From the NCBI GenBank assembly GCA_045580505.1, contig JAZNNY010000037.1, positions 1 to 62,351 on the forward strand: 62,351 nucleotides of DNA, in the 5' to 3' direction. Every line of letters begins with the position of its first letter. Position 1 is the first letter of the stretch. Below the pieces are notes generated by a model, which saw only the letters and a program-made list of their open reading frames with translations, was not told where the DNA came from and searched no databases. Source of the stretch: Lentihominibacter sp. GTDB lineage: Bacteria; Bacillota; Clostridia; Peptostreptococcales; Anaerovoracaceae. The position numbers and the translations under genes were made by a program. This document shows, one piece after another, positions 38,362 to 49,600 of this stretch.

Positions 38362-39092
38362 CTCGGAAGCACCCCCTCCGGAGCAGCGGTCCCCTGCACC
38401 GCCCCCTGCGCTGCGGCGGCATCCTGCTCCGCCTTCTTCTTCTGCAGCTGTTTGTAGATCTTCTTGCGCTCCGCCTGCTGCACGGTCAGAATCGTTTCCA
38501 TGATGGTCTGCGTCCAGGACATGTACTGCTCGTACCAGCCTTTGCGTATGCCGGAGATGAAGTAGGAGACTGCGCCGCTGACCAGGCCCGCGATGGTCGT
38601 ATCAAAGGCGATCATCAGGGAGTCCGACAGGGTCTTGGTGTCGCCCTGGCCGAGGGCGATGAGTCCCGGCCCCAGCGGGATCAGGGTTCCCATCAGGCCG
38701 AACATCGGAGCGATCCGGGCGATGAGGTCTGTGATCTTGACCGTCCTCCTGTAGCGGTATTCTTCGTCCGCCGCGATCTGCCGCGCCAGGGCTTCCCGCA
38801 GGTCATCCGGAAGGGCCGTGCGCTTCACGACCTCCTGGTAGCCCTGCTTTTGCCTGGGCAGAAGGCCGCTGCCGTCGATGATCTTCTCCACGTCTGCGAT
38901 GGATTTGCCATGCAGACTGTCGACCAGTTCCGGTATGCTCACCTTCAGCAGCCGCCGCTCGGTCACCGCCTCCACCACGAAACTGCCGAGCATGACGATG
39001 GTCGCCAGAATCAGCAAAAGCAGTATGATGACGGTCGGGATCTGCAGCGATTCCGCAACCACCCTTAATGTGTCAATTAATGTGCTGGACAT
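38358..39092 (-). CDS. MotA/TolQ/ExbB proton-channel family protein, copy 1
   Basis: APMFGLMGTLIPLGPGL...AFDTTIAGL; overlaps the DUF2149 start. Confidence 0.9.
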   Translation of the reverse strand: MSSTLIDTLRVVAESLQIPTVIILLLLILATIVMLGSFVVEAVTERRLLKVSIPELVDSLHGKSIADVEKIIDGSGLLPRQKQGYQEVVKRTALPDDLREALARQIAADEEYRYRRTVKITDLIARIAPMFGLMGTLIPLGPGLIALGQGDTKTLSDSLMIAFDTTIAGLVSGAVSYFISGIRKGWYEQYMSWTQTIMETILTVQQAERKKIYKQLQKKKAEQDAAAAQGAVQGTAAPEGVLPR

Positions 39093-39112
39093 CTATGATT
39101 ACCTCCCAAGTA

Positions 39113-40546
39113 TTATCGTTTCCATCCCTTCAGAATCGTGCGGTATCTGCGGAAGCGGATGATCCCTCCCGCGCCGGCCGCCGCAAGCGCCGCAGCGGAT
39201 GCGCCGGCCGCAGTGCCCTGATGGTGGGTATCCTGCTCCTTCAGGGCTGCTTCGTTTTCTTCCATGGCGTGCTGGCCCACGCTCTGCTCCTGCGGCTTTG
39301 CTTCATCCACTCTGCCGCCGAGACTCAGCTCGCGCAGATGGACCTTCGCCTTCGTCTGCTCCGGTGCTTTTGTCGTTGTCGTCGTTGTTGTCGCCTGCTG
39401 TGTCTGCTCCTTCTCGTCGGAGGAAGTCTTCTGCGTCGCAGCCGCCCGGGTCCTTTCCTGTGTCGTCGTTTCCCTGCTCGCCTTCGCCTCCTGCTCTGTC
39501 CGCTTCGCCTTGCCCGTGCCGTTGATGGTCACAGAGGCGCTCATCCCATTCTCGGCAGTGACGGTGATGGTCACCGTGCCGGCCTTCAGAATCGTGACGT
39601 TACCGCTTTGATCAACCTTAGCGATGGACGGGTCGCTGGACGTCCACTTCAGCCTGCCCAGCGCCTTGCCGAAGTCCTTCGCAAAGAGCTCGTCTCCCGC
39701 AATGCTGATCTGCAGCTTCGTCACGCTGCCCACCTTCAGCTTCGAGTCCACCGGGTCGATCCCGATGCCGGTGACCGGCGAGCCTGCCAGGGTGACGTCG
39801 ATGCCGTAGATGCTGTGGACGGAGTCCATTGAGGAAACGTCTCCTCCCCCGTAGCCGGCTCTGGTCTGAACGCCCTCGTTTAGAGGCGTCTGTCCCATAC
39901 AGAAACGGTATGTTTTCTTCGTTTCCATCAGATCCGTCAGGTCGGGCGCATAAACGTATTTCCCCTTCTTTTCCGCAAACCTCAGTGCAAGTATGGATGG
40001 CACCGGCTGTGCATCGGCCAATGCTCCTTCCTTCGGTATCAGGGTTCCGTTTTCTCCGCTACTATATAGCGAAGATAGATATGGATAAAAGAATCTGTTC
40101 CCTTCTGTCAGGTGCTGGTCAATGGTAAAGTCCTTGGTGTACCCCGAATAGTTGTCGGTCGTTCGGAATGTTACGTAATTGACCGAATCCAGTTCTATAC
40201 CCGATGCTGCGATAATATCGGTTACCGCCGGCCCGTATGCCGCCATGGACATGACATCACCCACATTCGTAATGTTGGAATAATAGCATGTCTGTATCCC
40301 ACTTTCAGCCGCTATGGCCTCCAGGTCGCTTCGGCTGAATCTGGCCTTCTCCCGGATCATATCCCCGCGCTCGCCGAAGTACTGGACCCGCACGCTCAGG
40401 GTCTGTCCTGCTGTTTCCGCGTGGGCTTCCTGCACGAAGGCAGGCCAAAGCAGCACGCATTGTGCGATTGCAATGGCCACGGCGCAGACTGCCGCCGCAA
40501 TTCTGTACCAGGCGGATATGCAGTTGTCAGATCTGCCTTTGCTCAT
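39113..40546 (-). CDS. Exported protein: Moco-binding-like domain + Big_2 Ig domain + Thr-rich linker + C-terminal TM
   Basis: Signal ..AHA; FSRSDLEAI, GPAVTDII, TTDNY, YRFCMGQ; WTSSDPSIAKVD; AAGASAAALAAAGAGGIIRFRR. Start could be TTG 40552. Confidence 0.72.
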   Translation of the reverse strand: MSKGRSDNCISAWYRIAAAVCAVAIAIAQCVLLWPAFVQEAHAETAGQTLSVRVQYFGERGDMIREKARFSRSDLEAIAAESGIQTCYYSNITNVGDVMSMAAYGPAVTDIIAASGIELDSVNYVTFRTTDNYSGYTKDFTIDQHLTEGNRFFYPYLSSLYSSGENGTLIPKEGALADAQPVPSILALRFAEKKGKYVYAPDLTDLMETKKTYRFCMGQTPLNEGVQTRAGYGGGDVSSMDSVHSIYGIDVTLAGSPVTGIGIDPVDSKLKVGSVTKLQISIAGDELFAKDFGKALGRLKWTSSDPSIAKVDQSGNVTILKAGTVTITVTAENGMSASVTINGTGKAKRTEQEAKASRETTTQERTRAAATQKTSSDEKEQTQQATTTTTTTKAPEQTKAKVHLRELSLGGRVDEAKPQEQSVGQHAMEENEAALKEQDTHHQGTAAGASAAALAAAGAGGIIRFRRYRTILKGWKR

Positions 40547-40548
40547 CC

Positions 40549-41679
40549 TCAATATCCCAGTTCATCCCTCGTGAACGTCCTGCCGTAGGACAGTTCATAA
40601 AAAGCATCCACGTGTTCCTCCAGCGTCTTCCCGTCCATAAACTGCGGATGCATCACGTGCATCATATAGTCGATGCCCAGCGTGCTGACGACCCCGGGGA
40701 ATTCCCAGGAGTCCGCCTCGGCCGGCATTTGATAAACGTGCTTGTTCTTCACCGCGCTGATCTCGGACCAGGAGGGGTCCTGAAGGATATCCTCCGCGGT
40801 GTAGACCGCGCTCTCGCTGTTCGTGATAAAGATGTAGTCCGGGTTCCAGGCGAAGATCTGTTCTGCGCCCGCCGTCGGCCAGAGCTCCGTGGCCTTCAGG
40901 TCTGCCGCGCAGTTGACCGCCCCGGCCTGCTCCAGCATGATGCCCTGCAGCATGGAGCCGTCCGCGACCTTTCCAATGGAGGAGCCCATGACAATGGCCT
41001 TCGGTTTATCCGCATCGTCTATCTGCGATACAAGATTTCTTGATGCCTCGATCCGGGACTCGTAGTAGTCGATCAGCTCACCCGCCTTGTCGCGGGCGCC
41101 GCAGACCTTGCCCAGAAGATCCAGCGCTGCGACCATATCCTCCGGGGTCTCGACCTCGATGCCGATGGCGGGAATGCCGATGTTTTCCACCGCGTCGAGC
41201 GTCTTCACATCGCTGGCCTTGTGAATGAAAAGGTCCGGCTTCAGCTCGGCCAGTGCTTCGATGTCCGCCACGCCTTTGCCGACGTCCATGCAGTCCGCAA
41301 GCGACGGCTGCAGTTCTTCCAGGAAAGGCTCGCTCTTGCCGATGCCTTTGATCTTGTCGCCCTGATCGAGCGAGAGCAGAAAGCGAATGGCAACGCGGTA
41401 GCAGAGAGCGATGGTCTCGGGGTTCTTCTTCACTGTAACCTCACGGCCGGCCTGGTCGACGATGGTCATTTGGGCGTCATCTTCGGACAGGATGGTTCCG
41501 GCCGGCTCACCGCTTTCGGAGACAGCCGGGCTGCTTTGATCGGCACCCTCTTCTCCGCCCGCACTGCAGGCGGTCATGCAAAGGCAGGCCAGCCCCAGGA
41601 TCGCGCACAGAATCAGCGCCAGCATTTTTATTCGGTTTATTGACTGCTTTGTTGACTCTTTCATTGACTCTCTTACCAT
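40549..41679 (-). CDS. ABC substrate-binding lipoprotein, BtuF/FhuD (class III) type
   Basis: Lipobox ..MTAC; TIVDQAGREV, E.L..LKPDL, WNPDYI, AVKN..VY. Confidence 0.9.
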   Translation of the reverse strand: MVRESMKESTKQSINRIKMLALILCAILGLACLCMTACSAGGEEGADQSSPAVSESGEPAGTILSEDDAQMTIVDQAGREVTVKKNPETIALCYRVAIRFLLSLDQGDKIKGIGKSEPFLEELQPSLADCMDVGKGVADIEALAELKPDLFIHKASDVKTLDAVENIGIPAIGIEVETPEDMVAALDLLGKVCGARDKAGELIDYYESRIEASRNLVSQIDDADKPKAIVMGSSIGKVADGSMLQGIMLEQAGAVNCAADLKATELWPTAGAEQIFAWNPDYIFITNSESAVYTAEDILQDPSWSEISAVKNKHVYQMPAEADSWEFPGVVSTLGIDYMMHVMHPQFMDGKTLEEHVDAFYELSYGRTFTRDELGY

Positions 41680-41688
41680 CGTGCCGAT

Positions 41689-42474
41689 TTACTCCTTCAG
41701 CCCCGGCATCAGGCAGGCCGTCCGGCCCAACTGCTCCACCCACATCAGGTACAGTTCTACTCCATAGATTTCCCGCAGGTTTTCCTCGGTGATAATCTGC
41801 CGGCTCTCTCCCTGCATGATTTTCCCGTCCCTTCCGACGATGGCCGCCTGGTCTCCGAGGAGCAGGGTGTGGTCCGGGTTATGCGTGGTGATGATGACCG
41901 AGAAGCCCTCCGACGCCATCTGCTTTACCCGCTGCAGCACCCGCTGCTGGTTACCGTAGTCCAGGTGAGCGGTCGGCTCATCGAAGAGGACCGCCTTCGG
42001 CTGCTGGGCGATGGCCCGGGCGATCAGGACCTGCTGGCGCTCTCCGCCGCTGATGTTCTGATAGGATTTCTCCGCCAGGTGTCCGATGCCCATGCTCTCC
42101 AGGGCCTGCAGGGCAAACCACTCGTCCTCCTTCTTCGGCCGGGCGAACATGCCCATCTGGGGCGTGCGTCCCATCAGGACGAAATCCAGCACCCGGTAGT
42201 CGAAGGCCGGCGTGTGCACCTGCGGAACGTAGCCGATGAGCCGGGCGATCTCCCGCTCGCTCATCTCGTGCAAATCCCTGCCGCAGAGCCGGATGCTCCC
42301 GCCCTCCGGCTGCAAAAGCCCCGCCATGCAATTCAGCAGTGTAGTCTTACCCGCTCCGTTCGGGCCCAGGATGCAGAGGATCTCTCCCTCGCGCAGCTGC
42401 AGGTTCGCCTCGTCCAGGACCTTCCTGCCGCCCCGCTCATATGAAAATGTCAGATCTTTTACTTCGTAGATCAT
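41689..42474 (-). CDS. ABC ATPase, FecE/BtuD type
   Basis: GPNGAGKTT, SGGERQ, DEPTAHLD.GNQ. Confidence 0.95.
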   Translation of the reverse strand: MIYEVKDLTFSYERGGRKVLDEANLQLREGEILCILGPNGAGKTTLLNCMAGLLQPEGGSIRLCGRDLHEMSEREIARLIGYVPQVHTPAFDYRVLDFVLMGRTPQMGMFARPKKEDEWFALQALESMGIGHLAEKSYQNISGGERQQVLIARAIAQQPKAVLFDEPTAHLDYGNQQRVLQRVKQMASEGFSVIITTHNPDHTLLLGDQAAIVGRDGKIMQGESRQIITEENLREIYGVELYLMWVEQLGRTACLMPGLKE

Positions 42475-42495
42475 GTTCTTTTCCTTAATTATGCC

Positions 42496-43509
42496 CTACC
42501 TCAGCGTCCGCCGCTGCCGATACAAAAGCCATGCGAAGACCGGCGCCCCGATGATGCCGGTCAGGATGCTCACCGGCATTTCCGCGGGTCCGATGATCCG
42601 CGTCACGGTATCCACGAGCAGCATGAAAATCCCGCCCATCAGGATGGAAGCCGGAAGCAGGATCCGGTTGTCGGAGCCGACCAGCATCCGCCCGAAGTGG
42701 GGAATCACAAGGCCTACCCAGCCGATGGTTCCTGCGATGCAGACCGCCCCTGCCGTCAGCACCGTCGCGCACACGATGCAGACGCCCCGCAGCAGGCTCA
42801 CCTTCGCCCCCAGGCTCCTGGCCTCCTGCTCTCCGAGCGAGAGCACGTTGATCCACCAGGAAAGGAGCAGCAGAATGACCCCCGCCGCAATGCTGAGCGG
42901 GAGCACGCTGAGCACAGCCCGGTTATCCACATAGGCGAAGCTTCCAAGCTGCCAGTAGGTAATGGCCGCCAGCTGCGTCTGCGGATCTGCGATGTATTTG
43001 ATGAAGCCCAGGATCGAAGTCATGGCTCCGCTCACTATGATCCCGGCGAGCACCAGCATGATATTGGAATCAGACCGGAGCATCCGCGGAATCAGAACGG
43101 TCAGACTGACCGCAAGCACGCCGCCGATGAAGGCAAACCCCTGCACCAGGACTGCCGCGCAGGACAGCAGAATGGCGATGGCCGCCCCCACGCAGGCCCC
43201 GGCTGAAACTCCCAGGAAATCCGGCGATACAAGCGGGTTCTTGAAGATGCTCTGGTAGACCGCTCCGGACAGGGCCAGTGCCGCTCCGACGAGCACCGTC
43301 GCCAGCGTCCTGGGCAGGCGTACCCCGAGCAGAAGATTGGCGTCCATCGGATCTGCCTTTGCACCAAAGAGAATCGCAAAGACCTCTCCCGGGGACAGTG
43401 AGTACTTCCCCACGCAAAGGCCGGCCAGGCACAACCCCAGCAGCACCACAAGAAGGCCGGCGATGACCGGCCATCTTCTGGATTTCTGTTGTTTCCCGAA
43501 CATTTTCAT
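42496..43509 (-). CDS. ABC permease, FecCD/BtuC type
   Basis: RLPR, Q..F.NPL.SP..LG, G.IGWVGL.IPH; own promoter TTGAAT-N17-TATAAT at 43516-43544. Confidence 0.95.
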   Translation of the reverse strand: MKMFGKQQKSRRWPVIAGLLVVLLGLCLAGLCVGKYSLSPGEVFAILFGAKADPMDANLLLGVRLPRTLATVLVGAALALSGAVYQSIFKNPLVSPDFLGVSAGACVGAAIAILLSCAAVLVQGFAFIGGVLAVSLTVLIPRMLRSDSNIMLVLAGIIVSGAMTSILGFIKYIADPQTQLAAITYWQLGSFAYVDNRAVLSVLPLSIAAGVILLLLSWWINVLSLGEQEARSLGAKVSLLRGVCIVCATVLTAGAVCIAGTIGWVGLVIPHFGRMLVGSDNRILLPASILMGGIFMLLVDTVTRIIGPAEMPVSILTGIIGAPVFAWLLYRQRRTLR

Positions 43510-43620
43510 GTCTTGATTATATCTGATTTCAAAACAGCATTCAATGATACGGATTTGACCCGTTGTGTCTGCAGGAGTAGATGAGGACCAGCATTATGCT
43601 GATCCTCACTGCGTTTTACC

Positions 43621-46600
43621 TTACTTCTTCGCCTTGATCTTCTTTTTAGCTGAATACTTACCGTATACCTTCACCATCTTTCCTGCCGGGTTTTTCACCA
43701 ACTTGTATGGACGAATCTTGTAGTAGTACTTTTTCTTTGCCTTAAGTCCTCTGTTCGTGAATTTCACTCTTTTAGCATTGGGGATGGTCTTGATCAGTTT
43801 ATACTTACCATTCTTCTTTGTAGCACGGTAGATCGCATATCCGTCAGCATTTTTCACCTTTTTCCAAGACAGTTTTGCCTTCTTGCCCTTCAAGGCTTTC
43901 ACCTTGAATCCCTTGATTTTCATCATTTTGGCCTTGGCTGCCTTGACCGCCGCCACGTATGCGGCCTGCGCTTCTGCAGCCTTTTTCTTCGCAGCAGCTT
44001 TTTCATCCGCAGCTTTCTTGTCCGCCGCTGCCTTTTCATCTGCCGCGGCTTTCTGCTCAACCAGTGTGTCGATCGATCCCTTGGCCTGAGTGACAGCTGT
44101 ATCAATGGCATCAGCATCTGCTGAGTTTGTGATTGCAACAACTGCATCCAGTGCAGCCTTCGTTGCTGCCGCAATATCAGCCTTGCCTTTATTCTCCTCC
44201 AGATACTCCATGACAGCCTGGATTGCCTGTGCACGTTTCTCTGCCAACGCCTTCTCCGCAGCCTTCTCAAGGACTTCGGATGCAATGTCATTGATGCTCT
44301 GAACCGCTTCTGCAGTAATCGGAGCTACGTTTTCAATTTTTCCGATCTCATCGATCTTCGCCTTGGCAGCGTCTGCAATTTTGTCGATCTTGTTTTCTGC
44401 CGCCTTCTTTGCATCTTTGTCCTCAAGATCCTTCAAACTGTCTTTGGCAGTCCTGGACGCTGTATCAACGGCTTTTTCCGCTTCCGTTTTAGCTTCGGCC
44501 AGTTCCTGTGCCTTCTGCTCAGAGGTTTTGATCTGATCGATTACCGCCTTGGCCGCCGCAAGGGCTTCCTCGACTTTATTCAACTTGTCTGCCTCGTAGA
44601 TTGCTTTGGAGGCATTTGCTATCGCTGCGCCCAGTTCCTTCTGCTCAGGCTTATCGTAGTCCGCAGGGTCTGCGTAGGTCATAATCTCCTCGACCGCCGC
44701 ATCCTGAGCCAGTTCGACTTCAGTCGGAAGGTCGATCCGGATTTCCTTAACATCGCTTACCCAATTCTCGACGTTAACATCCTCCGCATCGCTCTGCCCG
44801 ATGACCAACTGCAACGGAAGCTTCGCGTTCTCACTGGATGACCATGCTATGATCGGCAGGTAGTTATCTTTATCCGCCGTCTCAATTATGCTAAGGTCAA
44901 ACTTCTTCTCCGTGTTATCAGTAGAGATCACTGTGAAGGATCTTGCATTCTTCGTCATGCCGATGATGCTGAACAGAACCTTCAGGGTCACACCTGTAAA
45001 TTCGGTCGTGCCGGTCTGTCCTTCTGCGTCTTTCCAGCTGTAGGACTCTACTGTGTTGTTATCTTTGATACCTTCTGTGTTCTTTAGCGATTTAATCGTG
45101 AAGTATCCATTCTTCACTGCCCCGTCACCATATACGGTAAAGGCTGTATCATCGGTCTTCTCTCCGATGGTTTCCTTCTTCGGCACCGCATCAATCTCTG
45201 CCAATGTTTCTGTCTTAACCGCACTGATCGCAGCCGAAGTCTTAGCGCTCTTGATCGATGCCTTTGCTGTTTTGATTGCAGACTTGATCGTCACCTTGTT
45301 CTCCGCTGTGTACTCAGTCAGATCAGCGCTTTCCTTGAGTTCCTCAATCGCTTCATACTGCTCAGTTTCCAAGGCAGTCGGCAGGTCGACGCGAATCTCG
45401 ACCACATCGCTTAGCCAACTTCCCTTATTTGGCGTCTCACGATCCGTCTGACCGATGACAAGCTTCGGATTGATCTTCTTGTTGTCAGGATCTTCGTCTG
45501 ACTGCCAAGCGATCATCGGCTTATTGCCATCAAGATCGACTTCCTCGATGTCGTCAAGATCCAGTTGTTTTTCTTTTCCATCGCTGGCGATGACCGTGAT
45601 ATATTTCACTTCATTCTCGATTTCCACGACATCCTTCAACAGGTTGTCCAGGCAGACGCCTTGGAAATCATTATAACCTATGGTTCCGCTCTTGTTCATC
45701 CAACGATAAGTCGCATCGACCTTCGTCACGCCTTCTGCGTTCTTAAGTGTCTTGACTGAGAAATATCCATTTTTCTTCACTCCTCTGCCATCGACGACCA
45801 GGGCTGCCGAATCCACGGTCTCACCTCCGACGGACTCTTTCGAGGATGCCGGTTCTTCTCCCAGCACCTGCAGGCCGCCGGAAGAACCGACATAGGCTGT
45901 TCCATCGTTCATAAAGGACAGGAAGTAAACGTTATTTCTGTTTTCGCTGCTCCAGGAGCCTGTCTCCTTAGCATACTGAGCGGAAACATTAAATGTTCCG
46001 TCCGCATTCGGCTTCGGATTGTCTACCTTGAGCACGCCGTCTGCTGAGGTACCAAACCAGAGTGCGCCGTCCTTATCCACGGCTACAACTCTGACCTCGG
46101 CTGTGTCCTTTCCGTCCAGGTAATCTCCGAAGACCTGATCGCCGGTGTACTTCGTCGGCTCACCTGTACCGTCCTTAATCTTCCAGATCGTTCCACCTTC
46201 ATTCTCCTGCAGGTTGGTGCCGCTGGCAACGACCCAGACGGTTCCCCTCTGATCGATGGCAATGCTGCGTACCCATGCCTGGGCCAGTTTGCTGGTCGAT
46301 CCATCTTTCGTCATTTCTCCGGTCACGACCGTCTTCTCGCTGACAACGCCATCCTTATCGATGTGGCAGAAGCCTCCGGTATACGGATCCGCTTCTGTTC
46401 CCGCGCCGTCCGGATAGAATCCAAGCCATGCGCCGCCTTCATCGTCCAGCGTGATCGTATTGATCGAGGTCGCCGGGAAGTCCTTGTTCTCTTTGTTATA
46501 CGTCGTCCAGGTGTCCGTCTGCGGATCGTAGATGGTCAGTCCACCGAAAGATCCAAACCAGACCTTGCCGTCCGTGCCGACCTTGATCGCCTGTACGTAG

Positions 46601-49600
46601 TTATCTGCAATCGTTGCCGGATTATCCTCCGCCTTATAGTGCGTGACCTTGCCGTCCTTGATGTACATGACGCCCTGGTTTCCGGACGGATCCGTGTAGG
46701 ACGCATTCTGGCTGACCCAGATGCCGCCATCCGCATCCGCTGCTGCTCCGGAGGTGAAATCCGTCTGCAGAGCAGGATCGCTCTTCGTGTTCAGCACACG
46801 GAAGGACCGGTTGCCGGCATCCTTGTAGAAGAGGCCGCCGCCGTAGGTTCCTACCCACAGGGTGTTGTCCGGATCCAGAACTGCCGAACGCACGCTGGAG
46901 GTCGCATATTCCTTAAACTTCGTTACCTCAGGCAGTTCAAGCGTAATCCCGTTGATATTGGTGCAGCGGTTGCGCCAGTCGGCCGTAGGGTCTTTGCCCA
47001 AAGCTTCGTTATAGTTTCTGTAGATTCTGATCACGGAGATATTCTTTGCCTCGGTCTTATCGACATCTTCGATATTCTCCCAAGCTTTGGTCTCCTCATT
47101 CCAGATCTGGTAAGCAACGAAATAGTTCTGCTTCGCAGCATCCTTCAGGGTGATATCCTTATAGGAAGCCTCCTCGTTCTCATATCCGTCTGTCGCATTC
47201 AACGTAATCTTCGTATTCTCAAGTTCTACGCCTTTAGCTGCAAGCAGAGCCTGCAGGAATATACCCTTGACTTTATCCGTTCCCTTCTTGTGAGTGAACG
47301 TCGCCTCAGCCTGTCCGATCTTATCTCCAGCTGCATTCTCCAGTTTGGAGATGTCGTCCGCCGACAGCTGGATATCCTCTTCCAGACCCTTAATCGTAAA
47401 GGCCGCCGTATCCTGAGCAGCGCCGGCCTCTCCCACGGTGATCTTGATCTTCTTCACGTAGGTCAAAGACGCGCCCTGGTTGTTATGAGTCACAAGACGG
47501 ATCGGGCCGCCGTTATTTCCAATCGTAGCGTCGTATCCTTCTGTGTTCCCATGAGACTTATCTCCGATGACCAGCGGAGCACCATTAACTCCGTAAGCCA
47601 GAATGATTGGAACATAGGACTCGCCATCCTTGACGCCATCCTGCAGCGCATCCATTCCGAAGATGGAACGCAGTTCCTTACTGAAACCGTCTGCAGCCGT
47701 GACATCGACAGTGATTGGATCATCGATTCCCTCGATACCGGCTGTTTCCTGCTTAATAAACTTCCAGAAGTTGATGCCTTCCCAGGTATCCATCTGGGTC
47801 GTCTTTGCCTTGATCTGCTCGATTAGGGATGTCTGTTCCTCGATGTCTCCAACGGTATAATCCTTATTTAACAGTTCCTTCCCCTGCTTGTCGACAACCT
47901 GCAGGTTAATATTCTCAGTCAGGTACTGTTTGTAAATCTCACTGACGCTGTGGTTCCAGCTGGTGATCTCGGATGCGGTCACTTCAATCGACTTGACCAT
48001 CTTCATGTTTTTGCCGCTGTTGACATCACCGGCCTCCGTCTGTCCAACTGCCAGACGAATCGGTCCTCCGTTGTTGCCGTAGTCTGCATTATATCCTTCA
48101 CTGGATTCTTCCGCGACCAAAGGCAGGCCATCTTCCTTATCTTCATCTCCTGCCTTTCCGGCTCCGTAGGCCAGAATCACCGGAAGATCCTCATCTCCGG
48201 TCCGCGTGTTCTTATATTTCTTGCGGATCTCAGACAAAGTGAATTCCTTCTTCTCATTGTCAGTCGTCGTGATGATGACCTTGTCTGCATTGCTCTTAAG
48301 GCCGACCGCTGTCGAGGTCAAAAGCGCATACAGATCGATTCCGCGATATCTGGTCTGAGTAGCTTCCGTCGCTCCGTCCTTCAGGATACTGTAATCTCCT
48401 GTAAAGGCGATCGTCTGCTTACCCTCCAGTTCGGAAACGGTGAAGTCTTTTCCCTCTGCCAGTCTGGTTCCTTCCCCGAAGATGTTGATTGTGTTGTCCT
48501 TATACGCATCGTATGGTGCCTTGGTGTGCGCGTATTTATCGGCGGACAGGTTCACCGTGATGGAATTGATTCCCGTGATCGTCTTCTCCGACATCTCCGT
48601 ATTGCCTTCTACGGTAGGGAAGGTCAGCTGCAGCGGACCGCCACTGTTCTTGATGGTTACGGTATTCTCGTAATCGGTTCCGGCAGCCAGCGTGACACTG
48701 TCCTCATAGCCGTCGGCTTGTTCCTTGCTTGCGACCATGGGAGATCCGTTCTTGCCGAAGGCGAGAACCGGCTTCAGTCCGCTCTTGCCGGTATCGGCGT
48801 TGCTTCCGGATGCTTTCAGGACATCCTCCAAGTTGAGGGAAATCGCATTCTTTCCATTGCTGAACGTGATGGTGCCCTTGTAGCCCGGAATTTCGACCAC
48901 ATCGGTCAGGAAATACTGCAGATCAACTCCCTCATAGAGGTCACTGTATACGATGTTGTTTTTTGATACACCGTAGAAATCTTTGATTTTTGCCTTTTTG
49001 AGCTGCGTTGCCGTCAGCTTGCCCCCGTAGATCAGGTCCTCCAGGTCGCCGACTGCGTAATCTTTCTCTTTCATTACAGCCGCGTCCGCGTCGGGTCCGT
49101 TCAGAACCTTAACACTCAGCTTGCTATCTGCCAGATTCTTATATACATCCTTATCGGAATACTTGTGCGTGCTGTAGTGGTACTTGTCCTCACCGACCAG
49201 AACCTTGTCCAGGAGCTTCGCCTGGTTGGACCCGTTGGCGTGGTTGTACTTTATCTTGCCGGAAATGATCCGCAGCGGACCTCCGTCATTCTGCAGTCCG
49301 GAAAGGTAGCCTTCCTGAGAGTCCTTCTCCACATACGGGTATCCGTTGACTCCATAGGCCACGAGGACCGGGTATCCAACGCGGAGCTTGTCTCCAGTGC
49401 TAACATCATTGTTCGTTCTGATGTTTTCATTTCCGACATACTTGCCGTCATTCAGATCTGCAGGATTTTTCTCATAGAATCCAAAGCTATCAGGATCCGC
49501 CACCTGCTTGGTTGTGAACTTATCCGTTGCCGCATAGCCATCCGTTGCGGTCGAGCTGACGATTGTTTCATCGTCGCTGGCAAAGCTTGCCGGAAGACCT

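Noticed and set aside
24047-39092. Flagellar stator (motAB) or Zorya (zorAB) interpretation of the MotA-family genes
   Set aside because: The partner is a short DUF2149 protein lacking an OmpA-like peptidoglycan-binding domain, and no flagellar or defence genes are adjacent.
43510-43620. Cobalamin riboswitch or Fur box ahead of the BtuCDF-like transporter
   Set aside because: Neither consensus is visible; only a hairpin and a promoter immediately before the ATG.
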